A stretch of DNA of 64,000 nucleotides from Patescibacteria group bacterium UBA7396 (lineage in GTDB: Bacteria; Patescibacteriota; Gracilibacteria; BD1-5; UBA6164): positions 8,369 to 72,368 of the forward strand of contig DKNE01000024.1 in NCBI GenBank assembly GCA_002470645.1, in the 5' to 3' direction. Made by a program: the position numbers and the translations under genes. The notes under the pieces were generated by a model that was not told the DNA's origin, made no database searches, and saw only the letters and a program-made list of their open reading frames with translations. The first letter of the stretch is position 1, and each line of letters starts with the position of its first letter. This document shows positions 1 through 12,940 of this stretch, in pieces.

Positions 1-536
1 TTAATATAATTTACTGCTTCAGTAGAAGAAAGATCTTTTAAATCAACCCCATTTGCTTCTACGACAATATCTCATTTTAATATACCATCCTTAAGTGCTG
101 GTGATCATTTTAAAACTCTATCAACTACAATTCAAAGTTCATGTTTATTAATAACTGCTCCTATTCATTCAAAATCTCCATTTAATGTATTTTCAAATTC
201 TTTAGTGATTTCAGGATTCATAAATTCAGAGAATTTATCTCAGAGAGATTTTACAAAACCGTCAATAACACCATATTGCAAATCCTTTTTATTTACTTCA
301 TCAGAAGAGTAATAATTTTGAGAAACTATATTATATACTTGCCAAAAAAGTTCTAAATCTAAATCTTTTTTTAATACTTTATCTTTTATAAAATTATCCA
401 CAAATACTTGATTTGATTGAGTATCTTTTTGAAAAACACTCATATTATTTGATATATAAAAACCAAGTGAAAAAGATGTTAAAAAGATTATAAAAAATAG
501 TAAAAATCTATTTGAATTTTTGTTTTGATCAGTCAT
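1..536 (-). CDS. Carboxy-terminal processing peptidase (S41 family), N-terminal ~178 aa; 3' end lies beyond the window start
   Basis: The ATG is at 536-534 and is followed by an N-terminal TM helix (RFLLFFIIFLTSFSLGFYI). With in-frame TGA read as Gly the frame stays open to position 1. It gives GFVKSLGDKFSEFM...NGDFEGIGAVI and a PDZ-like LKGSPALKDGILKGDIVVEANG, typical of Ctp/Prc. Confidence 0.8.
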
Positions 537-738
537 AATTTCTATAAATTGTTAAATAATATTTCACAAGTTTATAATAATGATTTACTCATTAAACACA
601 AGTCAATTAAAAAAAATAATTATTGTAAAAAAAATGTTAATATTTTTTATTACCTTATTTAAGCCAACTAAAATAAGTTTTTTGAAATAGTTTTTATATT
701 TTTTATTATTTTTATAGTATTTTGCTAGAAAAAAGTTT

Positions 739-767
739 TTGACAAAAAAGATTATTACTACTACTAT
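739..767 (+). promoter_or_regulatory. Sigma70-type promoter candidate (TTGACA-17 nt-TACTAT) for the 850..4177 gene string
   Basis: TTGACA lies at 739-744 and TACTAT at 762-767, with a 17-nt spacer. The site is in a 310-bp AT-rich divergent intergenic region. Confidence 0.4.
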
Positions 768-849
768 TTTATATTTATATATTAAATAATTTGTAAATAA
801 AGAAAAAATATGATAAAATGTTAAAAATTAATTTCTAAAATAAAAAAAT

Positions 850-1161
850 ATGATTTTGAATATTTTTAAAAAATACTCTGAAAAATCAAAAAAGAAAAAA
901 ATTATTTCAACAATAATTGAAAATCTAAATATAAATGAAAAACAAAAAAAACTTTATTTAGATAGTTTGGATTTTTTAGATGAAATCGGATTGGAAAAAC
1001 TTTATAAATCACTTGAAGTTTTTATGTGAGAAATAGAAAAAAAACAAATTAGTGATATTTCAAAAGAAAACTTTACAAAAATTGCAGGTATGAGAAAAAA
1101 AGAAGTGGTTGAAAAACAAAAAGAATTGAATAGTTTTTGATTTTTACTTAATAATTTATAA
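850..1161 (+). CDS. Hypothetical protein (103 aa, Lys/Glu-rich)
   Basis: ATG at 850, open to TAA at 1159-1161 under table 25 with two in-frame TGA. No family recognised. Confidence 0.5.
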
Positions 1162-1164
1162 TAT

Positions 1165-1422
1165 ATGTCAGAAAGAATTGAAAATGGATTATGAATCGAA
1201 ATGGGTGCTTCTAAAGAAGCATTAAAAAAATGAGATATTAATAAAGCATTATCATATCTGGGAGAACAAACAGATATAGTTGTAGAAGCAAAAAAAGAGG
1301 AATTAGCTGGTTGTTATGAATTAGCTGAGTTTACAAAAAACTTAAATCAAAATGATGATTATGTTGCATGAGTAGATAATATTTTATCTCAATTTTTAAC
1401 TCCTCAAAGTTTAACAGTATAA
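1165..1422 (+). CDS. Hypothetical protein (85 aa)
   Basis: ATG at 1165, 3 nt after the previous stop, open to TAA at 1420-1422. In-frame TGA are read as Gly. No family recognised. Confidence 0.5.
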
Positions 1423-1447
1423 TTTTATATTATAGAAAAAACACAAA

Positions 1448-2824
1448 ATGAAAAATTTTAAAGTAGAAGTTTCTAAGTGATTAGAAAAATATAATCTTAT
1501 CAGAAAGGCTGAATCAGAAAGTCTTTTAAAAGATATGTTACATAAAGAATGATTTTCTGTTTTATCCATACAAACTATGGGTGATATTGAAGTGGACGGA
1601 AATAAATTTTACTTTGAAATTATTCAAAATTGAGAGTTAAAAGTTTGAACTATCGTTTCAAAAGATATTTTTAAAGCATATGTAAAAATTAAAGATAACC
1701 TTAAATTTGATTTAAAGTATATTTATTTAGATAAAGATACGTCTCTAAATGAAAAAGAAAAAATTATTCATGAACTTCATGAACAATATAGGATTTATCT
1801 CGATGCAAATAAAAAAGAAATTCAAAAAAAAGAAGAAATAGAAAAAGATAAAATAAAAGTTGTAGAGGAGGCAAAAATAGAGGATTTTCATATGAAAAAA
1901 GAACTTGATGAAGTCTATGAAATTATTACAAAAGTTATGCAAAAATTAAGATATTTTATTGAATTACCAAATAATACATATCTAGATTTTGAAAAAAAAG
2001 AAAAATTGAAAGATTTACATAATACTTTAGTAAAGCTAAAAAATTCTACGAATATAACAAAGTTAAGACAAATTTGAGAATTAGCTTTAACAAAAGTTTG
2101 AGAATTAGAATTAAAAATACTTGAATCAACTAAAAATACTGAAGCTAAAAAATTATTATGAGAAACTAATAAGCTTTTAAAAGAAGTATGATCAAAAATG
2201 AATTTTGTTCCGAAAGAAGATGATATTTGATATATTATAAAAACTTTTTTACAAGATGTAGCAGGATTTTTAAAACCGAGTATTCAAAAAAAACAAAAAT
2301 TTAGTATAGATACTTCATCAAGTAGTTATTTAAAAACTAAATTACTTATTGAAAAATATGAGAAAAAATTAAAAATTCTTAATAAAGAAAAAAAGCAAAA
2401 ATTTATTGTTTATATTATTCCATCACCACAGAATAATAAAATAAAGGAAAATTTTTATTTAAGAGAAAAAGTAATTAAGCAAAACTTAGTAATTTTAAAA
2501 TCAAGACTTACAGGAAAAACATACTCTTATACTAAAATAGTAAAGTGATACTATACATTTTTGGAAAAAATTTTAGGATTGATTTATTTTTTAAAAACAC
2601 CACTGTTTTTTTTAATATTTTTTTATTGATCAATATTTTTATTTCTCAATATTTTAAATTTTATTTGATTATATCAAATGAATATTAATTTTTATGGGAT
2701 GTTTTATTTTTTATTTATAAATATAGCATTTCTTCTTCTTTCATTTGTGAGATGATTTTTTAGTTTAAGTTTTAATATTGTAATTTTAAGTTTTTTGTTT
2801 ATATTTTGAGTGATAAATTTTTAA
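1448..2824 (+). CDS. Hypothetical coiled-coil membrane protein (458 aa)
   Basis: ATG at 1448, in the same frame as track ORF 1892..2077, open to TAA at 2822-2824. The long Lys/Glu-rich helical N-terminal part is followed by several hydrophobic helices at the C-terminus (from about 2570 on). Confidence 0.6.
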
Positions 2825-2842
2825 TCACTCATTTTTTTGTTT

Positions 2843-4177
2843 ATGAGGTATTTATTTTTCTTATTATCTATTCTCTATTCATTTATTTTTTATGTTTTTT
2901 ATACTTTTTCTCAAAAAAAAGATATTTTTTGAAATCCATTAGAAATTCCACAAAATATAGTTAATCTTTCACTCAGAGAAAGTATTATTTTTTCTACTTC
3001 AGATACTATTATTCTTCAATCATTTTTTTGAAATCTTATTTTTGAAATCATTATTTTTTTTATTATATCACTTTTTTTATTTTTTTATTTTTCATCTTGA
3101 ATGACTGATGAAGTAGTTTGAAAAAAAGAAGAAAGTACTTTATCAAAAATTTTTACCTTTAAAAATCTAGTTATTTTTTTAAGAAAATTTTCTTATTATA
3201 TAGGATTTATTTTATTTTATCTTTCTCTTTATCTTATTTCTCTCAGTTTTGAATTTTTAAATTTCTCTCTTTTTATTTTACTTTTAAATATTTTAATATT
3301 TGCGTTTTATTTTTTCTCTCAATTTTCTGAAATATCGAGAAATTTTTTAAGAATTAATTCAGTTATTTTTTCACTGTTTTATGGAGTAAATTATTTTTTT
3401 ATTATTTTTAGTGATAATAATTATTTCAATTATATTGATTTACTTAATGGGTTTCTTATTCTTTGTATTTTTCCAATCCTTTTATATTATGAAAAAAATC
3501 TCTTAAAAAAGCAAAATTTTGATCATTCTTTACTCGTTCATTTTAGTTTGTATATTTTTTCATTTATTTTATTTTATTTTTATTATTATCTTTTTCATCA
3601 AAATCTCTTATTTTGGATGAGTATTATTTCCACTCTTTTATGAATTATTTGGTTTGAATATCTTCCAAAAATAAAACTCTTTGAAAGGGATAAAATTACA
3701 CTCAGATACATCGGAATTATTTTTACCTATATAGGAATCATTTTATGAATTATCTATCAATTTTTCTGATTTTCTTTCATTTTATTTTGTAGTTTACTTC
3801 TTCAAGTAGGATATAATTTTTTTATTCATAAAAAGTACACGAATTATATTTCTCTCGTGCTTTGAATTTTTGTATCTTTATATCTTGCTTTTTATGCAAT
3901 TATTTATTTTGAATTGATAGATTATAAATCAGTGTATTTTTTATTTTTTTGTCTATTATTATCATTTATAGGAGTGATTTTTAGTTATATATTTTCTATT
4001 TCTCGACTGATTGATAACTATATTATTCATATTTTTTGCCATATAATTAATATTTTTGGAGTTATATTATTTTTTATATTTAATAATTTTGAAATTCTCT
4101 ATATTTGAATATTATTACTTTTGGAATCTGTTTACTTTTTTTTAAGTTATTATAAATTAAATCCTAATAAAAAATAA
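2843..4177 (+). CDS. Polytopic integral membrane protein (444 aa), function unknown
   Basis: ATG at 2843, in frame with track ORF 3914..4108. I read the frame through to TAA at 4175-4177. The protein is extremely Phe/Ile/Leu/Tyr-rich with about 10-12 hydrophobic segments. Confidence 0.6.
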
Positions 4178-4179
4178 AT

Positions 4180-5580
4180 ATGTTACAAATTATAAATAAT
4201 TATACAGAAGTACAAAAATCAAATCTTTTTTTCTTATTTACCAATAAATTTGATGCAGAAAAATTAACTTTTCTTAACCTTTGAGAAAATATTTTATCTA
4301 AAATAGAATCTCTTTTTGAAAAACAAAAAAATACTTCCCTAAAAATATATCTTGGAAGAGATGATTTTGAAGAGGTTATTTTATTTTTTTACTTAGATAG
4401 AAAACAAGATATTCATCATTTTTTGTGAGAAAATATAGATAAAATTCCAGAAAAAATTACTTTTGAATATCATAAAGATAATATCCTCCTTGATAGTATT
4501 ATTCTTTGAAAGTACGATTATAGTGAATATAAACAAGAAAAAAAAGAACTTGAAATCAATCTTTTGTGTCCAGAAATATATAAAAAAAATCTTTTAGAAA
4601 GACTTTCTACTCTAAAAAATATTACCGATGCAAGAGATATAGTAAATAAACCATCTTGTGATAAAACTCCAGAAAAATATGTCAGTGCTATAAAAAATAT
4701 AAAGTTTAAAAATACTCGTGTCAAAGTGATTGATTATGAAGATATAAAAAGAGAAGGATTATGACTTTTAGAAGCTGTTGGAAAGGCAAGTAATTATAAA
4801 CCAAAACTGGTGATTTTAGAAAGAATAGTAGACAAAAAACTTCCATATGTATGATTTGTCTGAAAATGAATTACCTTTGATACTGGATGACTCAATATTA
4901 AAGTGGAAGACTATATGTATGGCATGAAAGATGATATGGCAGGAAGTGCGAGTTTACTTTTTATGATGAAAGAATTAGATGATAAAGAGTTGAATTGTAA
5001 TATTATTACAGCGCTTCCAATTGCAGAAAATAGTATTTCAGGAGATGCATATAGACCAGGAGATATTCTTACGTCATATTCATGAAAGACAGTAGAAATT
5101 ACCAATACTGATGCAGAGTGAAGACTTGTATTAGCTGATGGTATTAGTTATATTTCAAAAAATTATACTTTAGAAAGTATTACTACAATAGCTACTCTTA
5201 CGGGGGCTTGTATGGTAGCACTCTGATATAATTATGCTGGAATTATGTGAGATAATAGACATTTTATAGATCATTTATTACAAAATGAGACATTTGAATC
5301 TTATTGGGAACTTCCATTAAATGATTTTTATATAGAAAAAACAAAATGAAAAATTAGTGATTTTATTAATTATACTTCATGAGTGATGGCAGGAAGTAGT
5401 ATGTGATGAGCATTTTTAAAAAACTTTTGTTTGAAAAATGAAAAATTTACACACATTGATATCGCTTGAGTTTCTTTTGTAAAAGAAAAATATGGACTCT
5501 ATAATGTATGAGCAACTTGATTTTGAGTTGATAGTTTATCTACATTACTTTTAGAATATGGAAAAAATAGTGAGAGATAA
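4180..5580 (+). CDS. pepA: Leucyl aminopeptidase (M17 family), 466 aa
   Basis: The M17 signature NTDAEGRLVLADG is at 5104-5142, with its Gly encoded by TGA at 5119-5121. Track ORFs 4564..4764 and 4903..5085 are in the same frame. The stop is TAA at 5578-5580. Confidence 0.9.
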
Positions 5581-5854
5581 TATTATTCAAAAAATTCGTT
5601 CTCATTGAGAAAACCCTCAATTTAGACAAGTTTCTTGACAGGAAAAACTCGAATTTCTTTTTAAAAAATTAGTAGAGGAAGCTTTAGAACTTCAAAAAGA
5701 TAAAAATTTAGAAGAACTTGCAGATGTGGAAGAAGTAATTCTGGCACTCTATGCACATCTTGGATGGTCGAGAGAAGAGGTACAAGAAGTGAGGCTTCAA
5801 AAATTGGAAAAAAATGGGGGTTTTGAGGAAGGGTATATTTTAAAAATAGATTAA
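5558..5854 (+). CDS. MazG/HisE-like all-alpha nucleoside triphosphate pyrophosphohydrolase (98 aa)
   Basis: The ATG at 5558 overlaps the pepA 3' end by 23 nt. The sequence is LEFLFKKLVEEALELQ...EELADVEEVILALYAHLGWSREEV...KNGGFEEGYIL. The stop is TAA at 5852-5854. Confidence 0.6.
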
Positions 5855-5855
5855 T

Positions 5856-6554
5856 ATGAATATATTTAATATAATTAAAGATCTTCTTGCTCCAAAAAAG
5901 TGTTATTCTTGTAAAAAAGAGGGACACTTTTTATGTAAAAAATGTTTTGAAGAAATAGGGTATTTTGAATCTATTTGTCCAGTATGTAAAGAAAAAACTC
6001 GTGATTTTGAGGTTCATTTTTATTGTAAAAAAGAAACGATTTCCTTAGATAAAGTAATTATTTTGACACACTATCAAAATAAAATAATAAAAAAACTTAT
6101 AAAAGATGCTAAATTTTATGGAAAAAAAGATATTTTAGAAGATATAGCTCTTTATTTATGAGAAAAACTTTTTGATCATATAGAAGAAAATACGCAGGAT
6201 ATCATCTTAATACCAACACCGATGTATTTTTGGAAAAAGCTCAAAAGATGATATAATCAATCAGAAATACTTGTCAAAAATATGTCTAAAATATGTCAAA
6301 TAGATTATAATAACTCACTTATAAAGAAAGTAAGAAATACCAAAGCACAATCTCATCTTTCAAAAATACAGAGAATGGAAAATCTTCAAAAAGCTTTTTC
6401 TATTGATGAAAAATTGATACAAAATTTGAAAAATAAAACGTTTATAATTGTTGATGATGTGGTTTCTACAGGAAGTACTTTACATGAGATATCAACACTT
6501 CTCAAAAAATATGGAGTAAAAAAAATATATTGACTTTGTATAGCGTCTGATTAG
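5856..6554 (+). CDS. comFC: ComF family protein / amidophosphoribosyltransferase-like (232 aa)
   Basis: The N-terminus has a four-Cys motif (CYSCKKEGHFLCKKC...CPVCKEKT) and the C-terminus a PRTase motif (FIIVDDVVSTGSTL). Track ORFs 5856..6161 and 6282..6533 are in the same frame, joined through TGA. The stop is TAG at 6552-6554. Confidence 0.75.
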
Positions 6555-6621
6555 AAAAATTGACAAAAATAATATTTTATGTTAAAATAAAATTGTTATA
6601 TTAATATTAATTTTATTTTTA

Positions 6622-7098
6622 ATGAGGCAATTAGATTTATTTTCAGATACTCTAGAGGAAAAAAAATTACCTCCATCTCAACTAGAGCATCATACAGAGG
6701 ATATTAAAAAATCGACAGAGGCATTATTAGAGACCCGTAATTATGTTTTTCAATACTGAGAATATAAATCTTATAAAATATCAGTAGAAAATGAAAAAAT
6801 ATCAAAAGTTTATTTTTCTTTTTGAAATTATAAATTTTTAGTTCATTTAGATCAATACTCTTTTAGTTCTGAGAAAGTAGCGGTTCATAATTATTATGAA
6901 ACTGACCCAGAAGAAAGAAACCATACACTTTCAACTCAAACTTTGAAAGATTTTAAAATAATTTGAATGCAAAAAAAAGATTCTGTTTGATATTGAGCGT
7001 TTAAAAAAAATGTACATTATTTTAAATTTACATGAGTACATTATGCTCAATTAAAAATTTTTTTGGAAAATTTATTAAAAAAATATCATAATATTTAA
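6622..7098 (+). CDS. Hypothetical protein (158 aa)
   Basis: ATG at 6622, open to TAA at 7096-7098 with several TGA read as Gly. No family recognised. Confidence 0.5.
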
Positions 7099-7175
7099 AA
7101 TTATTCAAAAGCTTGAATAATTTTTTTTTTCCATATAATGGATATTTATGAATTTACTCGTTAATAAAAGAAAAA

Positions 7176-10007
7176 ATGTCTGAGTTTTTAGAAGTATATG
7201 GAGCAAAAACACACAATTTAAAAAATGTAAATGTAAAAATTCCCAAAAATAAGCTTACTGTTATTACTGGACTTTCTGGAAGTGGAAAATCTTCTTTAGC
7301 ATTTAAAACGATTTATAATATTGGACAACAAAAATATCTTGAATCACTTTCGAGTTATGCACGTATGTTTATTTGATGAATGAGTGAGGAAGCGCTTTAT
7401 GAAGATATAAAATGACTTTCTCCAACGATTTCTATTGATCAAAAAACAACCAATAGAAACCCAAGATCAACCGTTGGAACGATAACAGAAATTTATGATT
7501 ATTATAAACTCTTGTATTTAAATATCTGAGAAAGAAAGTGTATCAAGTGTGGAAATCAAATCAAAAAAGATACTTTGTCGAGTATTATAGAAGAAATTAC
7601 TTCCCACCAAATAGGAACAAAATTTATGATTAAGGTACCTATTTTAAAAGATATAGAAGATTTATCTTTAGAATTGGTAAAAAAAGAAGTATTAAAGTTG
7701 TGATTTATACGTTATTCACTTTGACAAGATGTTTATACTTTGAATGATGCACCAAAAATAGATGAAAAGTATAAAAATCAAGTGTATATTATACTCGATA
7801 GATTGATGGTAAAAGACTATTCATGAGATGATAATCTTGACTCAAAAAGACTCAAAGATAGTTTAAGTTTAGCTTTTAAAATAGGAAATGGACTTTTAAA
7901 TATTGATTTTATAACAGAAAATGTAACTATTTCTGAAAAATATTCAAATATTTTTGTTTGTTCTACTTGTGGACATATTCCACGTGAACTTGATATATCG
8001 AGTTTTTCATTTAATTCTCCTGCTGGGAGCTGTCCAGATTGTCACGGACTTTGAGAAAAACCAGTATTTTTAGAAGAAAATATTGTAAATCCTCGTCTGA
8101 CGATTGCGGAGGGAGCATTATTGCCTTGGTTTTGAAGTTGATATTATTCTGAGCTCGTACTTCAGGTTTGTAAAGCACATAAAATAGATGCTAATATAGC
8201 CTATTCAAAGCTCACAAAAAAACAAAGAGAAATTATTTTGTACGGAACTGGTGAAGAAACGTATAAAATGTCTCCTGAGAATACTTTTTCTTGAAAAGTC
8301 TACCATTCAAAATATAAATGACTTATTAATATTTTAACTGAGAAATATTTTTCTTCAGAATCAGAAGATGAAAAAATATCACAATATATCAGTAATATTA
8401 CTTGTCCATCATGTGATGGAAATAGACTCAATTCAGAGAGTTTATCAGTATATTTTCAATGACTGAACATTTGACAATTATCAAATAAATCAGTAAAAAA
8501 GACACTTGAGTTTTTTAAACATATCTCTTTGTCTAAAACCGAAGAAAAAATTGCAAAAAATGTGATGAAAAATATTATTGATAGATTAGAATTTCTAAGT
8601 GGAGTAGGACTTGATTATATGACAGTTTCGAGAAAATCAAATACTCTTTCTGGAGGAGAATCTCAAAGAATTCGTTTGGCAACTCAGATAGGAACCAAAC
8701 TCGAATGAATTATTTATGTTTTAGATGAGCCATCTATCGGACTTCATCCAAGAGATAACGATATGCTTATTGAAAACTTAAAAAAACTCAGAGATATTGG
8801 AAATACGCTTATTGTGGTTGAACACGATGAGGATATTATGAAAAATGCAGATTATATTATAGACATATGACCAGGAGCATGAATTCATGGTTGAAATGTT
8901 GTTGCAGAAGGAACTTTAGAAGAATTAATCCAAAATAAAAATTCTATTACATGACCATATTTAGCGAAACATATTTCTATACAAGTAGAAAGAAAAAAAA
9001 GACACATAAAACATTTTTTAGAGATTATAGGAGCGAGTCAAAATAATTTGAAAAATATTGATGTTCAAATACCTTTAGAGCATTTAACGGTTGTTACTTG
9101 AGTTTCAGGAAGTGGAAAATCATCACTCGTAAATCATATTTTAGCCAATTATTTGTCTAATGAACTCAATGGTGCAAAAAGAACGGTATGAAATGTAAAA
9201 GAAATTCGCGGACTTCAATATATTGATAAAGCTATTGTGGTTGATCAATCACCTATTTGAAAAACTCCACGTTCTAATCCAGCGACTTATACAGCTGTAT
9301 TTACTGCGATTCGTGAATTGTTTGCTTCGAGTGAGGAATCACTTGTAAGATGATATGGTCCAGGGAGATTTAGTTTTAATACTAAAGATGGAAGATGTCC
9401 ATATTGTGATTGAGATGGAGTGAAAAAAATAGAAATGCATTTTCTTCCACCAGTCTATGTAAAATGTGAATATTGTGAATGAAAAAGGTTTAATAAAGAA
9501 ACATTAGAAGTTACATTTAAAGGAAAAAATATAGCAGATGTGCTTGATATGACCATAGAAGAAGCATTAGAATTTTTTAAAAACCAACCGAGAATAGTAA
9601 AAGTTTTAGAAGTACTCAATGATGTTGGACTTTGATATATTAAACTTTGACAATCATCAACAACGCTTTCAGGTTGAGAATCTCAAAGAATTAAACTCGC
9701 AACAGAACTTTCTAAAAGATCAACATCGAAAACATTTTATATTTTAGATGAGCCAACGACAGGACTTCATTTTGCTGATACGCAGAAGTTACTGAAAATT
9801 CTTCACTCTTTGGTTGATAAAGGAAATACAGTTTTAGTTATTGAACATAACATGGATGTGATACTGAATGCTGACCATATTATAGATATTGGACCAACAG
9901 GAGGAGATGATGGTGGGAATTTAGTAATTGCTTGAGATATTGAAACAGTAAAAAAATGTAAAAAAAGTTTTACAGGAATGGCTATTAAAAAGTATTTAAG
10001 TGAATAA
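7176..10007 (+). CDS. uvrA: Excinuclease ABC subunit A (943 aa)
   Basis: There are two ABC ATPase modules: [12 protein letters not shown] at the N-terminus and a second P-loop T-G-V-S-G-S-G-K-S whose first Gly is TGA at 9099-9101. Also present are [12 protein letters not shown], zinc-finger Cys pairs, and DIGPGAGIHGGNVV with four TGA=Gly. The length matches the family. Confidence 0.95.
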
Positions 10008-10037
10008 AAAACAACATCCAAGTTGTTTTTTATTTTT
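10007..10037 (+). terminator. Rho-independent terminator after uvrA
   Basis: The stem is AAAAACAAC / GTTGTTTTT with a 6-nt loop, followed by a T-run. Confidence 0.65.
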
Positions 10038-10091
10038 TCTTGATTATACTTATGACATATTATTTTTAAGATAATTCAGTGAATAAAAAAT

Positions 10092-10976
10092 ATGCAAAAA
10101 ATCTTACAACAAAATATAGATATAACCGGATTATCTAACTTTAAAACCAAAGCAAAAACTAAATATTATTATGAAATAAATCAAATAGAAGATGTATTTC
10201 ATCTTAAAGATATTATTGATTTTTCAAAAGAAAATAAACTTAAACTCCTTTTTATTTGATGATGAACAAATTTATTGTTTGCTTTTGATACTTTTAAAGG
10301 AATTGTAATAAAAAATAATTTAAAATGATTTTATTACCAAGAAAAAAATCAAACATTAGAGGTCTACTCTTCAGAATCTATTTCCGATATAGCAAGAAGT
10401 TTAGAAATTGATTATGGACAAATATTATGGCATAGGTTTATATGATTGCCTGGAAGTATTTGAGGGGCTGTTTTTTGAAATGCGTGATGTTTTTGACTTG
10501 AAACAGAAAATAATTTTTTAGAGGCAGAAGTTTATAATATAGAGACGTGAGTTATAGAAAAAATAAATAAAGAACAGTCACACTTTTGATATAGAAATAG
10601 TATTTTTAAGCAAACAGAAAAATATTTTATAATAAAGGTAAAATTTGATTTATCTCATCTTGTAGAAAAATACTCTTCTGATGTTGATAATATAAAATTT
10701 AGACAAGAGGTACAGCCTATGTGAAATAGTTGTGGAAGTTTTTTTAAAAATCATTCAAAAGAGTATTCTGCTGGTAAGCTCATAGAAGAGGTTGGATTGA
10801 AGTGATATACATATAATACTGCTTTTTTTTCTGAAAAACATGCAAATTTTTTGATGACAAATAGAGATAATGGGGACTATAAAGATTTACTTTTTCTTAT
10901 AGATTTAGCTAAAAATAAAGTACAAAATGTATTTTGAATAGAACTTCAAGCAGAAGTTCGCATAATTCAAAATTAA
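10092..10976 (+). CDS. murB: UDP-N-acetylenolpyruvoylglucosamine reductase (294 aa)
   Basis: The sequence LSNFKTKAKTKYYYEI... and GLPGSIGGAVFGNAGCFGLE (several Gly as TGA) are typical of MurB. The stop is TAA at 10974-10976. Confidence 0.85.
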
Positions 10977-11066
10977 ATTACTCATTATTCAGAGTAAAAA
11001 GCAAGAGGTATCTATTTGAAAAAAATAAAAAAACTATATTATTGTTCCTTAGAAATAATTTTTTTT

Positions 11067-12038
11067 ATGCTAGAACAAAAATATACAGTATACAATAAAA
11101 TCATTGAAAAAATAAAAAAGGCTAAATATATAGCTCTTGTAAGCCATAAAAATCCAGATATTGATACTTTAGGATCTTCTAGTGGATTTTACCAAGCGAT
11201 ACAAGACAATTTTTTGTATAAAAAAGTAGATCTTGTATGTATAGATAAAATTCCACAAAAATATGGTTTTTTGGCACATATAGATAAATTTAAACAAGAA
11301 TTTTATCCAAAAAATTATGACCTCATAATATTTTTTGATAGTGGGAGTAAAACTCAAACAGGATTTGATGAAAAATTTCCTGAATTATTTGATTGAAAAA
11401 CCTATAATACGATTTCTATAGATCATCATATTACCAATGAACTTTATGCAAAGCAAAATATTTTAAATACCTCTTATTCTTCAACGACAATGATAGTATT
11501 TGAAATACTCCTCTTAACTCAGATGAAGATTTCAAAACAAACAGCGACTCATTTGCTTGCTGGAATATATACCGATACTGGTGGATTTAAACATTCAAAT
11601 ACCAATGAAGTTACCTATTTACTCGCAGGAAAACTCATTGAGTTATGAGCTGATTTTGAAAAAATAGTAGACAAATTTTTTAAAAATAATTCTTTGTCTA
11701 CTATAAAACTTTGGTGAAAAATACTCTCAGATAGTTTTATAGATGAAAAATGAGTATTATATTCATATGTAAATAAATCGATGTTGGAGAGTTTTTGAGC
11801 TCATTATGAAGATATTTCTGGGGTGGTTGATTATCTCAATATGTCAGAATGAATTACCTATTCTGCTCTACTCACACAAAAATGAGAATACGTAAAAGCT
11901 TCTTTGAGAACTCTTCGAGATGATATAGATCTCACTCAAATAGCAAAACAATTTGATTGAGGATGACATAAAAAAGCCTCTTGATTTACAACCAAAGCAC
12001 AATTAGAAGAAATAAAAAGCTTTAACTTAAAAATATAA
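11067..12038 (+). CDS. DHH/DHHA1 phosphoesterase (NrnA-like oligoribonuclease / pAp phosphatase), 323 aa
   Basis: The sequence contains VSHKNPDIDTLGSS, IFFDSG, SIDHH and the DHHA1 motif GGGHKKASG (Gly as TGA). I prefer the ATG at 11067 to the TTG at 11016 used by the ORF track. Confidence 0.8.
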
Positions 12039-12040
12039 TT

Positions 12041-12748
12041 ATGGAAAAATTGAGAATACATAAATACCTCTCACAAGCATGAATTTGTTCGCGCAGAAAA
12101 GCAGAAGAATATATTAGTGCCTGACTGATTACGGTAAATGGAAAAACTGCAGAAATTGGACAGTTAATTGACCCAACGACTGATAAAGTAGAAATGGGAA
12201 AAGAAGCGGTAAAAGAACAAAAAGAACTCCTTTATTATAAAGTGAATAAACCCAGAGGAGTTGTTACTACTTGTGCACAAAGTGATGAAAAAACGATTTT
12301 GGATGTGATTCCTCTCGATAAAAGAGTATTTCCTATTGGGAGACTTGATAAAGATACTACGGGGCTCATATTAATGACTAATGATGGAAGATTGGCAAAT
12401 TTTTTGATGCACCCTCGCTATAATCATGAAAAAGAATATGTAGTGGAAACCTTTTGACCGATTTCAGAGAGTAATTTGGAAAAAATGAGAAACGGACTTT
12501 TTATCCTCGGGAGTTATACTAAAAAAGCAAAAATAGAAAGATTGTCTTCATGAAAATTTAGTATCATTATCTCAGAATGAAGAAATAGACAGATAAGAAG
12601 AATGGTGGAAAAAGTTGGAAGTATCGTAAAAAAATTAAAAAGAATTCGTATAGAAAATATCGAACTGTGAAATATGAAAGAAGGAGATTATAAAGCCCTG
12701 ACTCAAAAAGAAAAAGACGAACTATTTAAAAGGTTGAATATACAATAA
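12041..12748 (+). CDS. rluB: Pseudouridine synthase, RluB/RsuA family (235 aa)
   Basis: An S4 domain (RIHKYLSQAGICSRRKAEEYI) and the catalytic motif FPIGRLDKDTTGLILMTNDG are present. Track ORF 12194..12457 is in the same frame. Confidence 0.85.
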
Positions 12749-12772
12749 AAAACTCCCCTCATGGGGAGTTTT
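12749..12772. terminator. Bidirectional rho-independent terminator
   Basis: AAAACTCCCC-tcat-GGGGAGTTTT forms a perfect 10-bp stem flanked by A-runs and T-runs on both strands. It serves rluB (+) and the small minus-strand unit at 12799..12940. Confidence 0.8.
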
Positions 12773-12798
12773 AATGTGCCAAACAGCAAACCTTTTCA

Positions 12799-12940
12799 TT
12801 ACTGATAGACTTCTTTTGTTCTATCAGAGATATGGATCACCTCCTCTCAGTTGGTTGACTGATCATGGTTTTTCATGATAGCATACCTCCTTACTTTAGA
12901 AATTGGTAATTAAATAATAGGTAAATAAAATAAATGTCAA
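12799..12940 (-). other. Orphan small transcription unit: promoter, strong SD, 25-codon mini-ORF (MKNHDQSTNGEEVIHISDRTKEVYQ), hairpin
   Basis: On the minus strand, TTGACA lies at 12940-12935 with TATTTA 18 nt downstream, and TAAGGAGGT at 12893-12885 sits 8 nt before the ATG at 12876-12874. A second AGGAGGTGATCC lies inside the ORF, which ends at TAA 12801-12799. An 8-bp hairpin is at 12802-12827. The unit ends at the bidirectional terminator. Confidence 0.3.

Noticed and set aside
11016-11066. The TTG start at 11016 used by the ORF track for the DHH phosphoesterase.
   Set aside because: It adds a hydrophobic 17-aa extension unlike NrnA N-termini. The in-frame ATG at 11067 (MLEQKYTVYNKIIEKI...) fits the family start. 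The call remains uncertain.
12834-12848. A possible 16S rRNA 3' end fragment or rRNA gene boundary (TGGATCACCTCCT).
   Set aside because: Only 13 nt match. The upstream sequence does not resemble helix 45 or the conserved GTAACC...GCGG context, and the locus is a 230-bp gap between protein genes. The feature is kept as a curiosity under the orphan small unit.
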